Below, one piece after another: positions 36,255 through 44,627 of a DNA stretch of 50,107 nt. The first letter of the stretch is position 1, and every line of letters begins with the position of its first letter. The translations under genes were made by a program, and so were the position numbers. The stretch is from positions 64,001 to 114,107 of IMG/VR virus record IMGVR_UViG_2596583652_000001; one strand, 5' to 3'. The notes under the pieces were generated by a model. The model made no database searches. It was not told the origin of the DNA and saw only the letters and a list, made by a program, of their open reading frames with translations. The stretch comes from a virus (taxonomy: Duplodnaviria > Heunggongvirae > Uroviricota > Caudoviricetes).

Positions 36255-36680
36255 ATGAGTGACGAGAAGGCATTCACCGGGCCGCCCATGCACCCCGACG
36301 ACAAGCGGGCGCTCAAGCGGTTCATGACCGGCCAGATCCAGAACATCCTCGCCAATGAATACGGCGTCGGCGGCTCGAAGCGGCTCAAGAGCATCGTCGA
36401 GGATGCGGTTCGCGCCGAGGTCGCTCGTCGGACGAAGTTCATGGAGGAGCCGGCGTTTCTCGAGCGCATGGCTGGCGCGCTAGTGACAGGCTATCGCACC
36501 GGCAAGAACCGCGAAGATGCTGCCAAGCTAATGGCGCAGATCGCTCGCGAGGAGATGAAGCTCGCGATCAAGGAGGTGGTCGGCGAGGCAGCCTCCCGCC
36601 TGCACATCACCCTCTCCATTGAGGCGCCTCCACCGGCCCCTGACGAGCCGCCGAAGCCCGACAACTTCGCCCGTTTCTGA
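36255..36680 (+). CDS. Hypothetical protein ending in DNFARF
   Basis: 141 aa. Confidence 0.55.
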   Translation: MSDEKAFTGPPMHPDDKRALKRFMTGQIQNILANEYGVGGSKRLKSIVEDAVRAEVARRTKFMEEPAFLERMAGALVTGYRTGKNREDAAKLMAQIAREEMKLAIKEVVGEAASRLHITLSIEAPPPAPDEPPKPDNFARF

Positions 36681-36703
36681 TTTTCCAGATCACAGGACAC
36701 CCC

Positions 36704-37633
36704 GTGACCACGATCTCCTCCACCACCATTCTGCGCTCGCGCAATCTGGCGAAGCCCGACAAGGTGCTCTCGACCCTGCTGCTGCGCTATCCGCGGTTCA
36801 TCCATGCCGAGTTCATGACGCACCGGGTCATGACCCGGAATGCTGCCTCGAGCCGCGCGATCCCGATCAAGAAGCTGATCCAGGACGTGGTCGACAATCC
36901 GGTCGTGCCGCTGTTCTGGGGCAAGAACCAGCCCGGCATGCAGGCTGGCGAGGAATGCACGAGCGAGGTCGGTGTTCGGAATGTTCACCTCGACTATGAC
37001 GAGGAGAATACCTTCGGCCGGACGCATGACCTGGTATCGCGCGAAGCGGCCTGGCTCGAAGCTCGCGCCCATGCCGTGGAAGCTGCACAGGCATTCGCCG
37101 ACGCCGGCTACCACAAGCAGATCGTCAACCGCCTGCTCGAGCCCTTCGCCCATATCACCGTGCTCGTGAGCTCGACGGAGTGGGAGAACTTCCTCGAACT
37201 GCGCGACGATCCGGCCGCCGAGCCGCACATTCAGGTGCTGGCGCGCGAGATCCGCAAGTGCCTCGAGGACGAGAGCACGATCCAGGATCTTAAGCCGGGT
37301 GAGTGGCACCTGCCGTTCATCACCCCGGAGGAGCTCGCAAGCACCAAGCGCGGCTCGCCGACCGATCCGCTGATGTTCCCGGGTCATGACGTTATCCAGC
37401 TGTCCGCCGCCCGGTGCGCCTCAACCTCCTTCAAGACGGTCGACGGGTTCGACATGACGTTCGAGAAGGCGGAGGAGATCTTCGACAAGCTGGTGACGTC
37501 GAAGCCGATCCATGCCTCGCCGTTCGAGCATGTCGCCGAAGCCGACGCCTTCTATGCCGACAAGAGCCGTTGGGCGACGCCGCAGCAGCACGGCAACTTC
37601 GTCGGCTTCCGCCAGTATCGCCACATGCTCTGA
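36704..37633 (+). CDS. thyX: Flavin-dependent thymidylate synthase (phage ThyX-like)
   Basis: HAEFMTHRVMTRNAASSRAIP, KQIVNRLLEPF, SAARCASTS, HASPFEH. Confidence 0.85.
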   Translation: MTTISSTTILRSRNLAKPDKVLSTLLLRYPRFIHAEFMTHRVMTRNAASSRAIPIKKLIQDVVDNPVVPLFWGKNQPGMQAGEECTSEVGVRNVHLDYDEENTFGRTHDLVSREAAWLEARAHAVEAAQAFADAGYHKQIVNRLLEPFAHITVLVSSTEWENFLELRDDPAAEPHIQVLAREIRKCLEDESTIQDLKPGEWHLPFITPEELASTKRGSPTDPLMFPGHDVIQLSAARCASTSFKTVDGFDMTFEKAEEIFDKLVTSKPIHASPFEHVAEADAFYADKSRWATPQQHGNFVGFRQYRHML

Positions 37634-37639
37634 GGCGAT

Positions 37640-37847
37640 GGCGATGCAGGTGATCAACGACTTTCACATCGAGCTGGAGCAGCGCGCCGACGGTTCCTAT
37701 GCGCGCATGCTCGACGCCGAGACCGACGAAGTGATCTTCGACTGGTCCGGTCCCCACTCCAACTTCGACGCCGCCCAGGCGGCTATCCGTCAGTCCCTCG
37801 AGCAGATCGCCGTCGCCCGCGCGAAGGCCATCCTCGGCATCAAGTGA
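37640..37847 (+). CDS. Small hypothetical protein
   Basis: [12 protein letters not shown]..., between thyX and dut; start 37638-37644 uncertain. Confidence 0.5.
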
Positions 37848-38311
37848 GTATCAACATGGGTGGGAACACCAAGAGCATCATCAATGTCGGCTACAAGCGC
37901 CTGCGCCCGGACGCGCAGATGCCGCTCTACGCCACGGCCGAGGCCGCCGGCGCCGACCTCTTCGCCGTCGAGGACGTGACGCTGACGCCCGGCAAGCGCG
38001 CCCTCGTGAGCACCGGCATCTCCATCGAGCTCGATCCCGGCTTTGAAGCCCAGATCCGGCCGCGCTCCGGTCTTGCCTTCAAGCATGGCGTCACCGTGCT
38101 CAATGCGCCGGGCACGATCGACAGCGACTACCGCGGCGAGCTCAAGGTGCTGCTGATCAACCACGGCGACACGATCTTCGGCATTCGCGCCGGCGACCGC
38201 GTCGCCCAGCTGGTGATCGCGCCGGTCACGACCGCGCATTTCTTCCACGTCGACGAGGATCTCTCCACCACCGACCGCGGCGAAGGCGGTTTCGGCTCGA
38301 CGGGCGCCTGA
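37844..38311 (+). CDS. dut: Trimeric dUTPase
   Basis: [40 protein letters not shown]; start 37844 or 37856. Confidence 0.96.
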   Translation: MSINMGGNTKSIINVGYKRLRPDAQMPLYATAEAAGADLFAVEDVTLTPGKRALVSTGISIELDPGFEAQIRPRSGLAFKHGVTVLNAPGTIDSDYRGELKVLLINHGDTIFGIRAGDRVAQLVIAPVTTAHFFHVDEDLSTTDRGEGGFGSTGA

Positions 38312-38312
38312 C

Positions 38313-38528
38313 ATGCCGGAGCTCTCACAGGAGATCAGTCGGGCGATTGCCCTCAAGAAGGGGAACAACGAGTTCGCGCTGTTCTTCTTCGGCCCGGACC
38401 AGTGGACGGCGGAGATTGGCAACACCAGCCACTACGTCAACCTCGGCGAGTCCTCCGGCGAGCTCGTCGGCGCCGGCAAGACGCCAGAGCTCGCCGTCGC
38501 CGACCTTCTGCGCCAGCTGGGAGGTTGA
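38313..38528 (+). CDS. Small hypothetical protein
   Basis: 71 aa. Confidence 0.5.
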   Translation: MPELSQEISRAIALKKGNNEFALFFFGPDQWTAEIGNTSHYVNLGESSGELVGAGKTPELAVADLLRQLGG

Positions 38529-39151
38529 TCGTGCTCTATGGCCTGGCCGGCTCATCCGGCACTGGAAAGACCACGCTCGCCAAGCGCATCGCCGCGGAGC
38601 TGGACATCACCTATATGCCCACCTCGATCACGGAGTGCGCCAAGCGGCACGGCTTCGACCCCGTCGGCATTCTTTCGCTCCAGGATCGGATCGTCCTGCA
38701 GCTGCATCTGCTGCAGGACCACCTCGACATGCTCGACGCGGCACCGCGGCCGCTCATCGTGGACCGCACGCCGATCGACTTCATCGGCTACATGATGGCC
38801 GAGGTCGACATGAACTCGCATCTGCGCCTCTCCGCAGAGGAGATCGAGCGGATCGAGCAATACAAGCGCCTGTGCCAGACCGCAGCGGTCAAGCACTACG
38901 ACGCCATCTTCATGCTCGGGCAGCTCGACACCTATGAGGTGGCGAACACCCGGCCGGCGGCCAACCGCGCCTATCAGACCCACTCGCAGCTGGTGATGCT
39001 GGGCGCGCTGACGGAACTGTCGGGGAGGCTCGACCACGTCGTTCTGCGCGTGACCGACCTCGAGCAGCGGGTGGAGTTTCTGCACGACACCATCGCCAAG
39101 CGCCTGGATGAGATCCAGACGCTGCACAAGTCGACGCCTTACATTCACTGA
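38525..39151 (+). CDS. P-loop nucleoside/nucleotide kinase-like protein (AAA_28/NadR-like)
   Basis: YGLAGSSGTGKTTL, IVDRTPIDFIGY; in the nucleotide operon. Confidence 0.7.
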   Translation: MIVLYGLAGSSGTGKTTLAKRIAAELDITYMPTSITECAKRHGFDPVGILSLQDRIVLQLHLLQDHLDMLDAAPRPLIVDRTPIDFIGYMMAEVDMNSHLRLSAEEIERIEQYKRLCQTAAVKHYDAIFMLGQLDTYEVANTRPAANRAYQTHSQLVMLGALTELSGRLDHVVLRVTDLEQRVEFLHDTIAKRLDEIQTLHKSTPYIH

Positions 39152-39176
39152 GTATTTCCTCGCGCATCCTTCTGCG

Positions 39177-39224
39177 TCCCAAAGCAGATAGCGCTATAAA
39201 AGAAATGCAGTGAGCGCATACTTA
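39177..39224 (+). promoter_or_regulatory. Promoter plus operator
   Basis: TCCCA-N12-CTATAA; operator GCAGTGAGCGCATACTTA 39207-39224. Confidence 0.62.
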
Positions 39225-39277
39225 AGCGCACAGACGACTAACAACGCGACAAAGCATCGCCCCAACCGGAGAATTAC

Positions 39278-39721
39278 ATGGACACCAATGCGAATGGCGC
39301 CGACGTGCGCAAGCCGATGACGATCGCCGAACTGGAGGCCGAACACGAGGCGGGCGCAAAAGCTCATGCCGAGCGGGTGGAAGCGCACAAGCGCCGTGAA
39401 ATGCTCGAGCAGATCGTGGAGCTGAAAACGCAGTTCGCCGGCCGGCGCGAGAAGCTCAAGGACGAGCGGAAGGCGATGAAGACGAAGGCTGGCCACCTCA
39501 AGGCGGCGCTCGACTTCCTCGCGAGCGTCGAGAATGACGAGCTGACGACCGACCAGCTTCGGGAAGTGCGCAAGATCGCCTCGAACCTGGCGGCGGGTCA
39601 CGAGAATGGCGTGGCGCCGGGCGAGATCGATGCCCGGCCGATGTCCTTGGCTGAATTCTCGGGGCTTACGATCAACCTCGGCAAGATCCTCCCCGGCGAG
39701 CTCCGCTTCGCCCACCGCTGA
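39278..39721 (+). CDS. Coiled-coil hypothetical protein
   Basis: 147 aa, RBS GGAGA. Confidence 0.6.
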   Translation: MDTNANGADVRKPMTIAELEAEHEAGAKAHAERVEAHKRREMLEQIVELKTQFAGRREKLKDERKAMKTKAGHLKAALDFLASVENDELTTDQLREVRKIASNLAAGHENGVAPGEIDARPMSLAEFSGLTINLGKILPGELRFAHR

Positions 39722-39808
39722 TCGGCTTCTCACCGAAGCGCAAACGTCAGCGTCAGGCGTGACGGCGGGGAGAGCACCCGCATCCCATTCGATTTCGGGA
39801 AGAGCGAG

Positions 39809-39988
39809 ATGGCAGAGCAAGAGGGCATGACCCGCACCGCCCTATTCGCCAAGAGCAAGCAGAAGCCCAAGCCGGTGCAATACAGTCACTCCTATGCGGA
39901 GATCGTGACGCTCTCGACCCGCGCCATGTTCGCCGAGAAGCGCCTGATCGAGCGCACCCTGACGATGGAGAGCCTGAAATATCTCTAG
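39809..39988 (+). CDS. Small hypothetical protein (not in ORF track)
   Basis: MAEQEGMTRTALFAK...ESLKYL, 59 aa. Confidence 0.4.
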   Translation: MAEQEGMTRTALFAKSKQKPKPVQYSHSYAEIVTLSTRAMFAEKRLIERTLTMESLKYL

Positions 39989-39995
39989 GCGCGGA

Positions 39996-40145
39996 TCAGT
40001 CGAGCTCGCTCACACACGCGGCCCAACGGTAGGGAACGCCGGGCTCGCGAACGCAGTCGATATTAGCAGTTCCGAGCTGCGCAGCGATAACAACGGCGAT
40101 TGCAAAACTGATCGCAAGTAAAAAGGTGAGCTGCAGATGCGTCAT
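39996..40145 (-). CDS. Small membrane peptide (not in ORF track)
   Basis: MTHLQLTFLLAISFAIAVVIAAQLGTANIDCVREPGVPYRWAACVSELD; strong GGAGG RBS and TTGACA promoter on the minus strand. Confidence 0.55.
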   Translation of the reverse strand: MTHLQLTFLLAISFAIAVVIAAQLGTANIDCVREPGVPYRWAACVSELD

Positions 40146-40182
40146 TACACCCCTTTCCTCCCCAAGGCCCGCCTGGGTTGTA

Positions 40183-40268
40183 TCCGTAACCGTCCCCGGT
40201 TATGGTGTCAATAAGAGGGGACGGTTATGGAGGGGAGAATTGACAGAATTTCCGGGGACGGATAGTCG
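40183..40268. promoter_or_regulatory. Divergent TTGACA promoters with mirrored CCGGGGACGG boxes
   Basis: Minus TTGACA 40211-40206 and plus TTGACA 40240-40245, each followed after 6 nt by CCGGGGACGG; a third GGGGACGG at 40217. Confidence 0.6.
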
Positions 40269-40275
40269 GACTCGC

Positions 40276-40458
40276 ATGGGTCGTCCGCCATTGCATGTGA
40301 AGGAAACCAAGGTTCGTCTGACCGACGAACAGCGCGCTCGCATTGAAGCGCTCGTGGGTCCCAATCGAATGGCGACATTCATCCGTGAGGCGGTTGAAGA
40401 AAAGCTCAAGCGGGAAGAAGCGCCGCGGCGCTCCGAGAACAAGGACTCTGCCTGTTGA
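40276..40458 (+). CDS. Ribbon-helix-helix DNA-binding protein
   Basis: MGRPPLHVKETKVRLTDEQRARIEALVGPNRMATFIREAVEEKL. Confidence 0.7.
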   Translation: MGRPPLHVKETKVRLTDEQRARIEALVGPNRMATFIREAVEEKLKREEAPRRSENKDSAC

Positions 40459-40657
40459 TGCTGGTCTCCGGGCCAACAGGCATTTGAGACGAGCGGCGGC
40501 CTCTTAGGCAGTGAAGTGAAGCCAGAGGCGACTTCTGCTCCAAGGATGGAGCAACGTTAGAGCTCGCCGCTCTCCAATTCTGACACGGTCTAACAGGACA
40601 GGGCGGCAGGCCGGATCAGCTCCCTGCCCTGCTCCGAACCAAGGCGCCGTGCCAGAG

Positions 40658-40697
40658 GGGTGCGTGCGGGGAAGAGTATCGCGTCCCGCACGCACCC
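40658..40697. repeat. Perfect 13-bp inverted repeat
   Basis: GGGTGCGTGCGGG-N14-CCCGCACGCACCC. Confidence 0.8.
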
Positions 40698-40743
40698 AAT
40701 CCCATCAAAAGATCCAGCATCGAAATCGAAGCGACCTGACGCA

Positions 40744-40781
40744 TCCCAACGTGCGCAGCGCTATAAGTATGTCATCACTTA
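40744..40781 (+). promoter_or_regulatory. Promoter plus operator of rIIA-rIIB
   Basis: TCCCA-N12-CTATAA; operator TAAGTATGTCATCACTTA 40764-40781. Confidence 0.7.
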
Positions 40782-40802
40782 TTCAGCGCTCGCGACAAGC
40801 GT

Positions 40803-43229
40803 ATGGAGAAAGCAATGGAAGTCAGCGTCACCAGCGAACCCGCATCGCACGTCATTCTCGGCGGCCAGGTGTCGGGCGCCTTCAACATCGAGCAGTCCGC
40901 CCACGGGTTCCGCATCCTTTCCGACACTCTCTACCGCGACAAGATCCGCGCCGTGGCGCGCGAGTATCTGTGCAACGCCTATGACTCGCACATCGTCGCT
41001 GCCAAGCCCGAGCACCCTGTCGAAGTGACGCTGAACGACACCACGCTGACCATCTCCGATCAGGGCGTCGGCATCCCCGACGACCAGATCATCAACGTCT
41101 ACTGCACGCTTTTCGGCTCCACCAAGCGCGCCGATGAGCGCCAGACTGGTGGCTTCGGACTCGGCTCGAAGGTTGGCTTCGCCTACACCGGCCACTTCCA
41201 GGTCACGAACCACCACGCCGGCGTCAAGACCATCTATGTGATGCACGTCGGCGGCGCCGTCTCCGAAGGCAAGCCGGTCTGCCAGAAGATGGTCAGCCTG
41301 CCGACCGAGCGCACCGGCGTCGACGTCTCCATCGAGCTGAAATCCAAGGACGACGCCTTTCGGTTCCGTCAGAACATCCGGCGGCTGGCCTACGAGGGTG
41401 GCATCCCGGTGAAGCTCAACGGCGAGCTGCTGCCGGTCGTCGATTACGCTGCTCTTGAGGCGCGCGGCTACGGGCTCGTTCGAGGCGAAAGCGACTACGG
41501 CACCGGCGTCTTCGTGCGTGTCGGGCAGGTCCGATACCCGATCGATGCCCACCTTGACCTCGATGAGAACGTGAGGAAGGCGCAGGATCTCACCCTGGCC
41601 GGCTACGACCTTGTGCTGATGCCGCCTGTTGGCACCGTGCGGCCCACGCCCTCGCGCGAGAGCATCTCCTACGAGGAAGACACGATCAGGGTCATCAATG
41701 ACCTGCTCGCCCGCTTCGTCCGTGACGTTGACGGCCGCAAGAGCGGCGCCCGGCGCCGGGCCATACTCGGCGCGATGAAAGAGCGGACGCTGCTCGAGGT
41801 GACCCGCGACACGACGAAGAGCTTCTCCAAGAGCGCCTCGCCTCCCGTGGTCTGCGATCCGACTGAGATCGCGAATATCCGCGCCGAGAGAGCCATGAAT
41901 AATGGGGAGAGCCCGAAGGGTATCGAACTGTTCCATGCCACCTGCGCCACCTTCCCGGGTGCGCGGCGCTATTGGCGCTTTGTGTCGACCTATCGGCACG
42001 CGCCGAACCGGCCCCAGAAGAAGAACGCCCGACGTGTTTATCAGCGGGCCCAGTTCGACCGCGCCGGCTATATCAAGCGTCGGGTCCTGCGCCTTGCGGC
42101 CATTGCGGGGATCAACCCCAAGAACATCTTCGTTCGGGAATCCGACACGAGCTCTCTTTCCTCTTTCCTGCGGGCGGAGCCCAAGCGCAGGGAGGGTGAA
42201 TACAACTCGCGCGCCGAGAGGCGCGCCGCCTACTATAACCAGCTTCGCTCTATCACCATTCACGTTGCTGACGTTCGCGCCGGCACCGGGGTCGCGGGCC
42301 CGGGCTTCTACTTCATCCAGAAGGACTCCTGTCAGGCGCTGGGACAGCTGCAGGCGCTCGCCATCAAGTGGGACGTTTTGGTCCGGCGGATCGCGAAGCC
42401 GGTCTATGAGCGCAAACCGCGCGTCCCGAAGGCCGAGAGGCCGCCCAAGCCCGAACCCGCGGCGCATCTGTTCTCGACCGTGACGCTGAAGGCAGGTGAT
42501 CGCGGCGGTGGTGGTGAATTCGCCTTCGCCTATAGCGTTCAGCAGATGCCGGTGCCGACCACCTATGTCCGGCTGCCGCACGTTCAGCGGGACTTCGCGC
42601 GCTGTTTCCTCACCCCCTCGCGCTATTTTCCCCGGCAGCTCCAGCGGCTCAAACCGCTGTTCGGGGATGTCGCCGTCGTCAGGACGAAGGCTGATGAACG
42701 CCGGATTGAGGAGTTGAAGACGCCGAGGCTCGTCGACGTCCTGCTCGATTATCTGGAGCGGAAGTCCAAGCGTCCCGCGCTGGCCGCTCGGCGCGCACTG
42801 GCTCTTCAGCGCTACAGCGGCGACGGTCTTAACGGAAGCACCGCTCGCATCAACATGCTGCACCATTCGATGCAGTCGGCTCTGGCGACCTTCGGCATTT
42901 TCGAGACCGTGCCCGAGGCTGACGAGCAGCTCTTTGCCGCCTGGCAGATGGCATTCAGCCTCTTCGACCGCAGCAGGTATTACCGGCAGACCAGCGTCTG
43001 CGACCTGCTCGGCGTCGGGAAGGATGAAGAGGCGCGCTTCGCCACCATCACTGCGGCCGTCGACAAATCCGGGGTGTTGAAGCTGACCGGCACCGACGAG
43101 CACATCATGCCGCTGCTGACTGTCGCCGGCGGCAACCTCTCTGTCAGCGACCACACCATGCCGGCCCTGCTGTCCTTCTTGAAGCACAGCCACCGGACCC
43201 TCACACCCGCTCTCAAGAAGGCAGCCTGA
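40803..43229 (+). CDS. rIIA: RIIA-like protein (N-terminal GHKL ATPase)
   Basis: FRILSDTLYRDKIRAVAREYLCNAYDSH, ISDQGVGI, STKRADERQTGGFGLGSK; followed by rIIB. Confidence 0.82.
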   Translation: MEKAMEVSVTSEPASHVILGGQVSGAFNIEQSAHGFRILSDTLYRDKIRAVAREYLCNAYDSHIVAAKPEHPVEVTLNDTTLTISDQGVGIPDDQIINVYCTLFGSTKRADERQTGGFGLGSKVGFAYTGHFQVTNHHAGVKTIYVMHVGGAVSEGKPVCQKMVSLPTERTGVDVSIELKSKDDAFRFRQNIRRLAYEGGIPVKLNGELLPVVDYAALEARGYGLVRGESDYGTGVFVRVGQVRYPIDAHLDLDENVRKAQDLTLAGYDLVLMPPVGTVRPTPSRESISYEEDTIRVINDLLARFVRDVDGRKSGARRRAILGAMKERTLLEVTRDTTKSFSKSASPPVVCDPTEIANIRAERAMNNGESPKGIELFHATCATFPGARRYWRFVSTYRHAPNRPQKKNARRVYQRAQFDRAGYIKRRVLRLAAIAGINPKNIFVRESDTSSLSSFLRAEPKRREGEYNSRAERRAAYYNQLRSITIHVADVRAGTGVAGPGFYFIQKDSCQALGQLQALAIKWDVLVRRIAKPVYERKPRVPKAERPPKPEPAAHLFSTVTLKAGDRGGGGEFAFAYSVQQMPVPTTYVRLPHVQRDFARCFLTPSRYFPRQLQRLKPLFGDVAVVRTKADERRIEELKTPRLVDVLLDYLERKSKRPALAARRALALQRYSGDGLNGSTARINMLHHSMQSALATFGIFETVPEADEQLFAAWQMAFSLFDRSRYYRQTSVCDLLGVGKDEEARFATITAAVDKSGVLKLTGTDEHIMPLLTVAGGNLSVSDHTMPALLSFLKHSHRTLTPALKKAA

Positions 43230-43230
43230 T

Positions 43231-44460
43231 ATGTCCACCATCATTCATGTGGCTGGCGCCCTCGTCAGCACCAACGGCGTCACGCTGTTCAAGGCCGACG
43301 GCACCTCCTCCGTCTATTCGAGCGACGCCTATGAGACGGCGCGGGTGCTGGAGAAGGTGATGATGCCGCTGGCCCGCGGCGAGATCCCGGTTACGATCGA
43401 CATGGCCGAGTTTTCGCTCCAGGCGGCGCTGACGGCCGCGATCCCGAACGCCATCATTGAGACGCAAGCGGACGGCACCGAGGCGCTGGTCGTCGGCACG
43501 GGCGAGAACAAGATCGAGGTGGCTAATCCCAAGCGCCTCGAGAAGCAGATGGAGCATGCGCTCCACGGGAAGAACGCCAAGGGGTTCAAGCGCTTCCTGA
43601 AGGAGTTCGCCAAGCTCAACCATGCGCACACGGTCGACGAGCTGCTGGGTTTCATGGAGACCGGCGATCTGCCGATCTGCAACGACGGCTCGATCCTGGT
43701 CTACAAGTTCCTGGACCGGCGCGAGGACGGCGAATTCTTTGTCGACAAGCACACTGGCAAGGTGAAGCAGAGGCTCGGCTCGCGCGTGTCGATGCCCTCG
43801 AGCCGCGTTAGCACCAACCGGCGCGAAGCCTGCGGCAGCGGCCTGCACGTCTGCTCGCACCGCTATGGCAGCTACGGCAACACCCTCTTCCTGGCCAAGG
43901 TCTCGCCGGCGGATGTGATCACCGTGCCGAAAGGCGAGAATTCCAAGATGCGTGTGTGCGCCTATCACCTGGTCGCGCAGCTGCCCGACGAGCTCTACCG
44001 GGTGGTCGCCAATCGCCAGTCGCTCATGACGAACGAGGAAGGCCGCAAGCTCGTCGAGCGGATCATCAATGGCGATCACACGCCGGTCCTCGAGGACGTC
44101 AAGGTCGGCGGCAGCACCTACGAGAACAAGGACACGAAGATCGCGACGCGCAAGCTGCCCAAGCCCAAGAAGCTCGTGAAGACCAAGGGCGTGAAGGTGA
44201 GCGTGTCGGAAGCGGCCTCGGCGAAGTCGAAGATCACGCCCACAACGGTGCGTGCCCAGCTCGCCACTGCTGCGATGACTGGCGACTATTCCGCCGCGAT
44301 CAACGCCCCGGCGCCGAGTCCCGCGGCCGCCGGTGGTGCCTACGAGGCCAAGCTCGCCAAAGCGCAGGATCTCTACAACGCCGGCAAGTCGATCCGCGAG
44401 ATCTCCAAGGAGCTCTCCATGTGCCGCAAGAGCCTCTCGCGCAATCTCCGCACGAAGTGA
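43231..44460 (+). CDS. rIIB: RIIB-like protein with C-terminal HTH
   Basis: ELLGFMETGDLPICNDGSILVYK, VSMP, CGSGLHVC, KVSPADV, KMRVCAY; GKSIREISKEL HTH. Confidence 0.82.
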   Translation: MSTIIHVAGALVSTNGVTLFKADGTSSVYSSDAYETARVLEKVMMPLARGEIPVTIDMAEFSLQAALTAAIPNAIIETQADGTEALVVGTGENKIEVANPKRLEKQMEHALHGKNAKGFKRFLKEFAKLNHAHTVDELLGFMETGDLPICNDGSILVYKFLDRREDGEFFVDKHTGKVKQRLGSRVSMPSSRVSTNRREACGSGLHVCSHRYGSYGNTLFLAKVSPADVITVPKGENSKMRVCAYHLVAQLPDELYRVVANRQSLMTNEEGRKLVERIINGDHTPVLEDVKVGGSTYENKDTKIATRKLPKPKKLVKTKGVKVSVSEAASAKSKITPTTVRAQLATAAMTGDYSAAINAPAPSPAAAGGAYEAKLAKAQDLYNAGKSIREISKELSMCRKSLSRNLRTK

Positions 44461-44477
44461 GCCGAGGAGGCCAGCCC

Positions 44478-44627
44478 ATGCGCCGCGTCATTCAGCACGC
44501 CGGTTCCCTCCTCTGCGCCCTGCTGACGATCGGCATCGTCGTCGCGGGTCTCTCCATTCTCGAAGCGATGCGCCGCGCCCCCATCGACTGCAGCGCCAGC
44601 TTCTCGACCAAGGAAATCTGCAAGTGA
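44478..44627 (+). CDS. Small membrane protein
   Basis: MRRVIQHAGSLLCALLTIGIVVAGLSIL...IDC...C; RBS GAGGAGG. Confidence 0.55.
   Translation: MRRVIQHAGSLLCALLTIGIVVAGLSILEAMRRAPIDCSASFSTKEICK

Noticed and set aside
39720-40120. Possible tRNA in the intergenic hairpins
   Set aside because: No cloverleaf, T-loop GTTCRA or acceptor stem recognisable
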